A stretch of DNA of 64,000 bases from Pocillopora damicornis. Its lineage: Eukaryota. Positions 26,126-38,100 of the stretch are shown here, in pieces. Position numbers and translations under genes: made by a program. Under the pieces are notes generated by a model. It searched no databases. It saw nothing but the letters and a program-made list of their open reading frames with translations, and was not told the origin of the DNA. Each line of letters opens with the position of its first letter. Within the stretch, counting starts at the first letter, position 1. The stretch is taken from NCBI RefSeq assembly GCF_003704095.1, contig NW_020846280.1, forward strand, positions 248,001 to 312,000, given 5' to 3'.

Positions 26126-29100
26126 ATGCTTGCTCCGAAAGCGTTGAATTTGGACAACGATTCTGAACGAACAGAGGACGGGTCGATTACAGAAGTTTCG
26201 GAAGATGACATTCCGCTCGCTGTGCGTTTAAATTTGTCAGGAAATAGCGGTACAAATACTACAGGAAAGCAGCGGGTACGGTCTTCTTTTCAAAAGAAGG
26301 GTGGATTTGTCATCCCACGAAAGAAAAAGCAAGCAAATGGTAAGTTAATCATGATCTTTGAGCTAAAGCATTTTTGACTAGTGGTGTGACTTTTAAACGT
26401 GCTAAAATTTCTTGCTCGCCTTTATGCTAATCGTTAGTTTTGCGTAAAAACCCTTCAGAACGAGGTGTATTTGCGGCCCTTAAACACTGATCTGGTTTGA
26501 CTTTGGCATTTCTTTTTTAAAGAACTTCTTCAGCATTCCAGTTTTGATACTAGAGAAGGGAAGGAGGTACTTCGCAATGTCGCGCAATCATATCGAGATC
26601 CTGTGCTTGGCGCTACCCTGAAATTTGAAAAGCTAGAGCTTGTATTTAATGACCAGCTGTCCCGAGAGGTGAGTAAATTTGGATTATTAATCGTTCCATT
26701 CATTCAGTGAGTGACTTTGGATCATTAATCATTCCAAGTCCGAAGTAAGCTATGGATTTATTTAAACAACGTTCCACAGCAATCTTCTGATCTTTGTTTG
26801 GGCTTTGTTTTAATCAACAGTACCAGGATAAAAAACAGTCTATGCGGAACGAATGGCGAAATTCTAAAGAACTTGAAGACAAACATGCGTTCTTCTACAC
26901 TGTTGATCGTGAAGAGGTTTGAATAGCTAAGCTCAATTATACTTTTTATGGCATGCGATGCGGTTTTTGCAAAATTAAGCGAGTGTTTCGTTTTCTTACA
27001 CAAGCTTCGCTACAAGTGAAAGTACAGGATAACTTAAGTGAAATGTTTTTTTTTTGTTCCACAAACGTCTAATGTTTTCACAAGGAGACAAAATTTAACC
27101 AAAACGATTTCATGAATCCCTGACCTCGAAAGAAACTTGCTATGTTTATTTGAACGATTGTTGTTAAAATTATTCAGACTTCCATTTTTAGATGAATTGA
27201 AAATGCTTGAGTTGACAATTTTGTGAAAAATTTCGATTCCTATCGTAGTAATCGCTGTTGATAAACTTTAGTTGTGCCTCTAGTTGAATAGAGAAGCGAA
27301 ATAGATTTTAGATGAGCCAAACTGGTGTCCTTGGTTAGTTTGATACTTAAAGGAGCAAATAATTTTTCATCACATCCCAGCTGCTTCCGATAATTGCCTC
27401 GTTACGTATTACGTGAGAAATCTGGTTTCGTTATTTCTAGGAATGGTTTTGCACAGAAATAAATTTGATGACCTATTTTATAAGTTGACATTTATCAAGC
27501 TCATAGCATTATGATATGGAGGGAAACAAACTCTAAGCCTGTTTTGTCTTATTCTGGGCACCAGCTGTTTGATTTTGTGTTTGGCACGAAGATGCGAAGG
27601 CAAATTTTGAGGCCTAGTGGCAAGAATTCTGTTTAGCCCTCATCTTCATTAGGTTTACAATGCTTTGATAAAAGAAAGCAACGACAGAACCAGTAGCTTA
27701 CCTCTGGGACAAAGGATTTGTTTTAGATTAGCATGGGGGTTATTCCAAAATCTTTCCTTGCCAAATATTTTGGTCGTTTGCATTTACTCTTGAGTCCTAA
27801 AGAGTGACTAGTTTCTCATTTCGTTGTACATAGTCATCCTTGAATTACGCATAAAGGTCACAAGACTAAGGAAATGATCACCAACTAAAGAACTTCTTGA
27901 CTGTTAAAGAAATTCTCCTTGATAGCTACTTAGGAAATGTAAAGCGAACAGTGTGGAGAAAATTAGGATGTAAAGGGTATGGTAATCCTTGACAAACGTC
28001 CAGCATCCAACATTTATGGTTGAAGCTTGAATTGCTGTGAAAAAGTTTATTCTTTCTGCAAAATAAATTATTGTGAAGGGAGGCAGGGAAACACTGTTTC
28101 GTTTCAGTATTTTGTTAACCTATTTTGGTTTTGTTATATCAGGCAAGAAAAATATGTGAAAATGGATTGGAGGTTGGTTCAACATCATTATCATGTTTGG
28201 GAGATCCATCAATGGGTATGTGTTTTTTGTCATAATAATGGTTCACTGTAGAAATTCTTGTGCTCTCATTGGTCAAGAACTATTGTAAATAAGATAATAG
28301 ACAACAAAGATGGTGTGATGTAATGCTCGACAATCCTCGCCATGTCAGATAAAAAATTTATCTTGTGAAAACAATCGCAAATTTCTGAGATATGGACAAT
28401 AACAAACTTCTGAGTTTTAAGTCTGGTAGACTTAGAAATTTTTGTAGAAGAGCTTGTCATGAGGGAAAAAAAGCAGAGGAAGAGAAGTAGAAATAGAAAG
28501 TCCAGTTCTCAGTTTGCAAAGTTGAAAGATGAATAACCTCGAAGAAATACTTGGTAATGGAAAATTGTCAATTTGTTAAATAGACAAGGCACTGACAATG
28601 TTATGGTGAAATTGATATTAATCACTCTTAATGATTCTTAATATTTACAACTGATCATGCAGTTTCTTTGTGTTTACATTTAAAACTTCAGGTGTGTATC
28701 TTGGCCGTCATGCTGACGTCATTTCCAGGAAACCTCTTATTCAAGGTTCTCTGGGATACCTTATAGTTTTCAAAGTCATCAAGGTTTGTGTGCAGTCTAA
28801 ATTGCGTAAAGGAACTCATTGCTGACTAAAAATCATCCTTTAATCCTTAAACTCCCATGAGTGACTCAGACAGAATTTCTCCTTACAATATCAATACAAT
28901 GTCAACCAGATAAGTGATGAGAATAAAGAAAAATATCAATTTGGGGATGATTAGTTGATCCAATACTAAATTCTCTGAACCAACATTATAAGAATTGTAT
29001 GGTTGACAGTAAGGAGAATTACAAACCTGTTCTGGGAGTTAAAGGGTTAAGTGTTCTGCAGTACATTGCAACCTTAAATTCTTAAGGTATCATGTATTTC

Positions 29101-32100
29101 CTTTAACCACAAGATTGGTCAAAAGTACTTCAAAACTTACGGAAAGCACTGCTATATTCTTTGGTTGTGAAACAGTAGGAAGTGTATATTTTGGAGCATT
29201 AATATCTTTTCTTTTTTCCTTTTACCTTACAGGGCAAGGTAAAACAAGTAACAGAACGGAATGCAGCAACTGCTGGAGACCTGCTTGAGCCAACACCAAA
29301 CTTTGACTGCCATGTTTCAAGATCCCTTCAGAATCTTCAAGCAAACAGCCCACTTAACCAAGTATTTGATTACTCACAGGTGGGTTTGAAGGACATCATT
29401 TGTGTGGTGGGATTTGTTTAAGTGTGGTAACTAAACTCATCACATAGCCTGTATAGCCTTGTTTATGCTTTTAATGAAAAATATTGTATAATAACTCCCT
29501 TCCTTGGGCCATGCACAGTGGCTTGAGTAGGGCAGAATAAGCTGTTTGGCATCGAAAAGCCAAAACAAAGAGCAAAAAGATGAAGGAAAAAAGAGGGGGT
29601 GGTAGTCTTATGATAAAATGCTCATTGAATGGTTTAAAGTGGGGCAGATGGCAGCGAGGTCTGTACATCTTGACCAAGAGCCAAATATTTTCCCACATGG
29701 CCCTCCCACTCAGTCGCTAAATACACAATCTCAGTCAACTTTTGGTCCCTGTACTACTTGATTTGTTTGATCGGGTTAAGAAATACAGCAGCTTTAATAA
29801 AAGTAACAACATGACAATTTCAGGCCGTAAGTGGACTGTTTTATCACTTTCAAGGGGTTGCTGCTTCTGGGGATTTATTGCAACTAGGAAATTTTATAAT
29901 ATCTTTTTTACTGCAGACTTCTCCCTTGGAAAATTAAGCATGGATTAAGTTGTGCTGTTAACTGATGTTTTTTATTAATGCCTTGAGAAATTTATATGTC
30001 TATGAAATCTTTTTATTTTTATTTTTTAAACAGTATTATTTCTACGAGTTTGCTGAGGAAGGTGATGACCTGCATGTAAAAAGGCCGCGGCATTGTCTTC
30101 CTTATGCTGTTATCACTCTTTCGGTGGGTGATTCATTGGGTCCTCATCAAGAATCATCCATTGTGCAGGTGAGGTGAAAGCAAAATGTAATGTTTGTCAC
30201 CTTTTTTCTTTATCATACAATTTCTGATTTTATGCATTTTTGTTAGGAGGAGTTTCCAGGTGTGGACAATAGTGGGTTTTCACTGCCAGCCAAAGGTTTT
30301 GTAAGACGCGAGACAAGTAAGTTAAACTTTGAAATTATATTGTATGTCACCTCATTCTTTTTTAAATGTGTAGGCCAGGGTTCTCAAAAGAAGGTGGCAT
30401 CTTTTAGTATTTTAACAGTGTATAATTAATTTTTTTTCTTTTCATTTTGCACCCAAATTTTATTTCTGGCAACCATTTTATGATTTAACTTTTCCAGTTG
30501 GCGACTTTGAAAAAAATGACTATGAATAATTGCGATGGGCAGACATTTAGTTTTTATCCTGTTCAGAACCCTGGTAAACCATTTGACAATTAAAAAGAAG
30601 GATTTGATTTTTAGATGGTAATGCACGAGTGACATGTTACACTAAATGATGTAAATTTATTATGGTTAGGAATTCCAGAAAAGAGATGGGGAAGAAGTAG
30701 CCATGTTGTTTGGACGGGGAAAATCACAAACAAAGACAGATTGTTGGCTGATGCACAGCTTGTTTGCCATTCTGTACAGAAAATCAAGCTTCCCTTTGAA
30801 ATGTAAGTTAATTTAGCAATGATCGAGGGTTGGTGAAGTAAACCATTTTTGGTGAGAGACCTTTTCATTGTTGGTCATGTTGCAGCTGTTGATCTTTGGG
30901 AAAAAACAGTCAAATTTAATATGCACCCAATCAGTAAGATATTTCATAAAGCTTCCCATTTTCCTCTGACACTATACCTACTTTGGCTTGGAAACACATC
31001 TCTTGTTGAAGTAGGTAATCTGCATGTTATTGGCTATGTTTTTTGAGATTGACATTTTTCACTAAGCAAGATTTACTTCATTTAGGTCAGATTATTATTG
31101 ATCTATGAAGGTTTTTTCTTATTGCAAAGCAATCTTTCATCAAGTTGTCAATGTTGTCATCAACACATGTTTACATGATGCAAAATTTTTGCTTTCAGTG
31201 GTAAGAAGATTGTTATGAAGGAGAAAATCTCCTTTCAGCAGCTGAGACCATTCTTGACTTTCCCACTTTTTCGCTCTGGTCCACCCTCTGTGTCTAGAGT
31301 GTGCAAAGGTAATGTTTTTCTATTTTTGAATGAAATTTTTTTTTCTAAATTTTACATGGCCTTTGTCTTAAAAATAGAAAACTCATTTTATCCTTGATTT
31401 TATCCTTGAACTAATAATAACAGGAAAGTTTGTAAAAATTTGACAACTGCATTATGTGATGTATATTCTGTGCCTGGTATAACCAGGGGCTGCCACTTTG
31501 AAAGTGAGCTGGTGGATTGAGTAATGCTCCCATGTAAGTAGCAACCAATGACAAGCTCACTCACAAGAAAACAGACACAAAGCAGGGTAGTGTTCCAGTA
31601 TTTAAGATGTTTCAATTTTTTGGGGTTTTCTTGTTTTTTCTTTATTTTTATTTTCTAGTGAATGTAGGCTCTGACATTTTAATAAATTGATTTCTTCTTA
31701 TAGTTCCAAATATAATTAGTTTTGTTGTTGTTGTGTTTTTAGCATCTTTAGCTGGTGGGACAAGCTTTTTGCATTGTGAATTAGTTCCAATTGAAGATGA
31801 CCATGGAAAAATTATAAAACTTGTTAAGTTTTTCCAGGAGAAAAATTGGGTAAGCAACATGATGAATAACAAAACGCACAGATAGAACCCTAAATACTTG
31901 GAATCTTTGATTGTTGTGAAATTTTTTGCTCATATCAGTTGTTTGGTGGTGGTGAAAACATCAAAGACAAGCAAGTCTCACAAAGTCAACATCTCAATCA
32001 ACACTGCTGCTGTAGGAGTCTGATCGTGGACACTAAACTTAAACCCCCTCAAAAGTAGGGAAGATTTGTTCCTCCACACCAGTAGCAAAACAAAACCCCT

Positions 32101-35100
32101 TTGGAATGAGGATCAATTGTCCTGAGTTATGCTACTTGCTGATCAATATAACAAATTGTAGTTGTGATAGAAATATGAGACAGATATGTTCATTTGTTTT
32201 GTAATTTTCACAATAAGTAAGGTTAAATTTTTAGTAAATTCTGTTAATTTTCATCAACCAACTGTGTAATATTTCTTAATACTTTTTTCTCTTTGTCGAC
32301 ATTGTTTTTTTAAGGCTGGAATTGTCAAAAATCCAGATGCCAATAGAGTGATATTTCTTATTCCAACCTCTCAAATCACTTTGGACCTTGGTGAGTGATC
32401 ATCCTATAGCCTTGTGGGTGTTTTTCCTAAAGTGTTCTTAACTTGTCTGACAGGTTTTTATATGGTGTGTGAAGAGCATCACCTTACAATGTATCTTTTT
32501 TTACTGCTATTTTCTTTGTTTTTACATAAAATGGCTTGATCATGTAATTTTATATGTTAATTACATTGTAACTGTTCAAAGGAATTAGAGAAAGCTGCTT
32601 TATTTTCCCTTTGTGATGAGAGTGTTTTAGACTTGCGACTTGAAGTTTTAGCCTTTTTTGTGCCTATACTGAATGGCTATGGAACCAAAAGTCCTTACAA
32701 AATTGATTATTTCCTAGGCATCACTACAGTAGATTCACCAGCAACACTTCATGCTCTCCTCTTTGTGAAGAAACAGAAAACTGGCAGAGGTAAGTGTGTG
32801 TCTCAATGCCCAGATCATATAACTGTGTAATTATTCACTTGATTTTAAGAAATAAGAAAAAATTTTATTTATGAAGGTAAACAACTACTTCAACCCTCTA
32901 ACTCCCTAGATCTGATTCATTGTTAATTCTTCTCTTTAGCTACAACACTTACTCTCGCAAATTAGTTATCAAAATTTGGTGTTAGATCAGGATCATCACT
33001 TTTACCTGACAAGTTTGGGTATTCTCATTACCTTTGTGTTGGGTAATGTATGCATACTGTAGTGAGAACTTACATGTTTATCACTTCTGGAAGTTAAAAG
33101 ATTCAAGTGGTGTGTGAAAAGGGAGCAGTGGTGACATCCAACACAACATCCATGGAAAATGAACATAGATTTATCGCATTTCCTTATTCAGGGAAAAAAC
33201 ACTGATTTGTGTTTACTTTCGACACGTTACGTGATGTACTAAATTTTTTTCGTCTACGAACTCGTCATTTGATTGCATTTGATTGTCGAAAAAATATGGA
33301 TGTACGACCGTACGACCGTACAAGATGCTACTTTTAGCATGCGTGGTCAACTGTACCGCGGGCACGCCAACGTCACGGCTTTGTTCAGTAGTCCAGTGGT
33401 CGGTGCACTGGGCTCCGAGTCGGACGACCCGGGTTCTCGTCCTGGCCGGGGCAAGGCGTTGTGCCCTTGAGACGTGCGGGGGGGAAAAAAAATGTGAGCT
33501 CCGCTTTTAGGCTTGGCTAAATCTATATATTATTTTATGTAGTAACAGATGGAAGTAAGCACTCAAATACCAGGTCCTTAATCCTAATGGAGGAAACAAA
33601 GGCTTGGAAGCAAGCATTTGTTTCCTTGTAGATAGTACAACGTGACAAAAGTCCTCTGGATGCAGACGTAGTTTTGGGTATTTCTCGGTGTACCTGTTTT
33701 TCCAGTGATGTCCTAATCCTTATTTGGATGTGTTTGTAGACCGCTACTTATCTATGCAATTTGTGTTGCTCCTGATGTCATACTTATGCTATTTTCTTCT
33801 TACGTCTCCTCGTAGAGAACGTCATCAACACGGCGAAAAGTGGCTCTGTAACCGCAAATGATATGGGAGTAAGTCAAATTCAAAAGGAACTGAAAAGACA
33901 TCTGAGTACAAAGGTTGATGACAAGGAGAAGCTCAATGAACCAAGACGGCACAGTTTAGATTCTGCGAGACCATTAGCTGCCCCGGCATCCAGTCACATG
34001 GAAAGGCAGGATGTTCCTGATTTTGTGTCGTGTGATAAGGGTTTGACAAACGAGCAAACGGTGACATGGAAGCGTAGAGTGGAAAGTTGGCTTAGCAGGC
34101 CACACCCTTTGGGAGGCATGGAGGGAGATTTTCAGAAGTCGACAATTCAATCCTCTTCCGCTCCTACTTATGTTCCTGGTCCCAGAGTAGTCCCAAATGT
34201 GCCTTTTCAGGATGTGCGTGCAAGATCAAGTGGTAATAACGAGGAACAGAGACTGTTGTCTGGGAAACAAGATGTGAATTTTAGAACTATTGGAAATATG
34301 GAACAGCACAGAGTGTTTTCTGGACAACAAGATATCCCAATTGGAACACCCAACACAGAGAAACAGAAAGTAGCCCTTGGAAAGCAAGATGAACTTGAAA
34401 GACATGAAGGAAATGTAGAGAAAAATCAAGGTTTTCTCGGAGAGCATGCTGATGTCTCATTGCAACAGTTCAAACTGGATGACGTGGCTAAGAAAGACAC
34501 AGTGTTACCTTCGCCAGCTCTTGTTGTGAGGAAAGAAAAACACAGGGAAGATCCGAGATTGAGGCGCTCTGTTGACGGTGAGCCAGCCACGTCATCTAGC
34601 AGAAGTGGCCATGGTGTGCCTTTTAATGCGCAAGCGTCGCTGCAAGCTCGGGGAGTGAAACCGAATTCTGCTCCAGTTGCATATACATCACCAATAACAG
34701 CTGCTAATCAACAGAACAAGTATCAAATCAATAGTGAATTTCTGAACGAGTTGTTGGTTAAGATAAAATTTCCAATGTCTGAGCAATCGAATACGAATTA
34801 TCAATCGAACAGTGAGGTTTTAAGAAATTTTGTGGAAAAGGTGAAACAACAGAAACCTGAAGAATCAAGCCCAAACAGCGGATTTCTAAGAGAGCTGTTA
34901 AACAGGTTGAAATCACAGAAGCCTGAAGAATCAATGTCCACCATGATTGATGGTATAAGAAAAACCTTGGACATGATGAAGAATCAATTAGAGTCGCAGA
35001 GTGTGAAACGTCAGGCACAAGACGCTGCAAAAGGAGCAAAAACTGCTGGTACGTTGATGTCTTCAACGATTGATGAGAAGTCTATGAAGAGAAGCCGTAG

Positions 35101-38100
35101 TGGTGTGGGTTCAACAGAGGTGAAAGGGGAAAGATCTCAAACATATCAAGGTAATGCATCAGTATTGTCCGCACAATCATCTGGAGAGCGAAACTTGAAA
35201 AGTATTGAGAAGCGAAGAGAAGAAAAACAGACACCTGTTGTAAGGTCTGAAAAGAAAGCTATGGGAGATTCTCCAACGAAGGGGTCAAAACAGCACAAAA
35301 GTACTCCTAAAGGTCCGGCAACACCAGCCAATAGTAAGCCAGTCAAGGAGACTGCTGTACCAGAATTGTCTGAGGCCCCACCTCCGGCAATTCCATCTTG
35401 TGATGCCCTGACAAGACCACTATCAAATTCTGATGCGCCACCCAAAAAACCCAAGTTGACATTGATTCTTAAGAAGAGAGACTCGAGAGAGGTTTCTGCA
35501 CAATCGTCTGGTGATGAACATAATCAAACACCAGAGCCTAAGGTGACAAAACGGTCTCAGGAAACAGAGCACGAGGAAAAAGCTGATATCCAAGGGGACA
35601 GAAAGTCACCTGTATCCATGGATTTGAGTCCCCAATGCACCACACCAACAGGATCAGTTAGTCCTATAACTGTGGTTTCCTCAAAAGGACGTTACCACTC
35701 TGTAGGAACTCCAGCAAGTACTCCTTCAACAGTTCCGATTGCCATAGTGTCATCGAGTTTTCCATTCAATCCTCCCCTTCCTCAAGGGCCCTACAGGAGT
35801 ACATTGAGCATGGGACCATGCACAAGTCAGCCAAATCCACCACCAGTTCATTCTGCGCCATTTTCATCCCCTTTCCTACCTCAGTCCATTATTGGCACAA
35901 GTCCTCAACCAGCACTTCAGACTCCATCAGTCTCATCTGCGCCTCCTGGTGGAACCCTACCCTTTGGTTCTCCCCCTCCACCACCTGGCACAACGTTTGT
36001 GCCATACTCTCCCATCTCACCAACACCTATTTCTTCTTTACCCGCTTCCCTACCACCTCGGCCTGCACCTAGCAGCTCATCGTTTCCACCTCTACCTTCG
36101 CATCCAACCATTCAGCACCATGAACAGCAGTGGACACCTCCTCTTCAACCCAATCAGAGGTTTGCCTTCCCTGCGAATATGCCACCTCCACCAGGCATTG
36201 CACCAATTTCTCCATCTGAGGTGCCACGGTGGCCTGCAAACACTCCTCATCCGAGGCTTGTTCTTCCACCACCATGTCTTCCACCAACAGCTGGTAGACC
36301 TCATCATGTTTTCCCACCAAGTGTGCCATTTCCGAGACCAGTGCCAGAGATGCCTCCTGTGCCACCCCAAAGATTTTCACAAATACCAGTTCAGAGGTTC
36401 AGTGTTCCTCCTCTACCTCCCACTGGGCCAGGACACCCTCATCGCGGTGGTCTTCCTTGCACTATACAAAAGATGCCTGTGCATCCCATGTATAGTGCAG
36501 GGCCTTCAGTGCCTCAGTTTCCACCACGACAACCAGGTCCTATTGGATTCTGGGTTGCTCCGATTAAAACTGGTTCTGCCCCCAGCGGAGGCGCTAAAGG
36601 CTATGCGAACGTAATGTTTCCACAATCTACAGAGCAAAGATATTCAAAGGAGTTGGCAACCACAATTCCTAGAAAGGATGAAGACCCTAAAAAAGACGAG
36701 ACAAGGCAAGGAAACAACAAGCATCTCGGTTTTGCAAAGTGGCAGAAAGGTGCTGAAGAGGGCCAAAATGAAAACGATGCAGATGATGTCAGAACGATGA
36801 ACAAAGCACAGCACTCTAGCACTCAAATAGGAGACCAAACTGATGCTGCAACAAGCAACTCAGAGATGACAGTTTTCGACTCTTCAAAAGAGGACAGAGA
36901 GATAACAGGTAGCGAAAGAGACAAGAAAGAAATGCCTATGAAGGAGAACGTGACTGAAACCAGGCCAACCGAGGAGTCTATGGAAAGAGTGGACCAGAGT
37001 AGAAGAGAGACAGAAAAGGAAGGCACCGAGGCTGTAGAAACACTAGAGAAACCTACAGAATCAGCAATCAAATTGTCATTAATAAATGAAGCAGGAACGC
37101 AAGGCTTATCATCAGGGTTGGACCAAATGGATGTGACAGAGCCAAATGAATCACCCACGAAACTTTCGCAAACTCACGAGTCTATTTGCAATGCAAAAGA
37201 TCAAATTGTGGTTGAACCAGCAAGAGAAGGATGCAGTAATGTTTCAGGAAACCTTGACGATGTAGGTTTGATAGAAGATGACAATGTGGACGACGTACCA
37301 AAGGAAAGAAGCACTGAAGCTAAGGACCCTCCTCTGGCTGATGCCTCTGCGTGTCAAATCTCAATCTCTCAACTTTCAACAGAACCTTCAGGTGTTTTAA
37401 GTAATAGGCACAGCGACATAGCAATCTCAGGAAGTAGTACAGACGTTTTGGGCAGTAAACCATCCAATGGTTTAACCACCACAACATATCACACTGATGC
37501 AGAATACAAGGAATCCAAAACCCATGTAACAGAACCTCCTGGAAGTATTGATGAACACAGTGATGTGTCCATCTCTGGAAACAGTTCTGACCTTTTTGAC
37601 ATCAACCATCCTTTGTGTTTGCCCACCACACCCTATCGAACTGAAGCAGAACGAAAGGGATCTAAAGCGGTCAGTAAGATCTTTGACATTCTTCGAAGGA
37701 ATGCTCAGGAATCCAGATCTGGTGCAGAAAAGGCGATAGAGGAAGAGATGGAAGGAGATNNNNNNNNNNNNNNNNNNNNNNNNNNNNNNNNNNNNNNNNN
37801 NNNNNNNNNNNNNNNNNNNNNNNNNNNNNNNNNNNNNNNNNNNNNNNNNNNNNNNNNNNNNNNNNNNNNNNNNNNNNNNNNNNNNNNNNNNNNNNNNNNN
37901 NNNNNNNNNNNNNNNNNNNNNNNNNNNNNNNNNNNNNNNNNNNNNNNNNNNNNNNNNNNNNNNNNNNNNNNNNNNNNNNNNNNNNNNNNNNNNNNNNNNN
38001 NNNNNNNNNNNNNNNNNNNNNNNNNNNNNNNNNNNNNNNNNNNNNNNNNNNNNNNNNNNNNNNNNNNNNNNNNNNNNNNNGAAGGAGATGTGGAGGAGGA

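Noticed and set aside
27653-27720. Possible TASOR exon (..CFDKRKQ..)
   Set aside because: In-frame stop, and exon 26821-26916 already supplies the homologous segment in the correct phase.
33385-33460. Functional tRNA gene
   Set aside because: A- and B-box-like motifs are present, but there is no proper acceptor stem or canonical T-loop; better explained as a SINE head.
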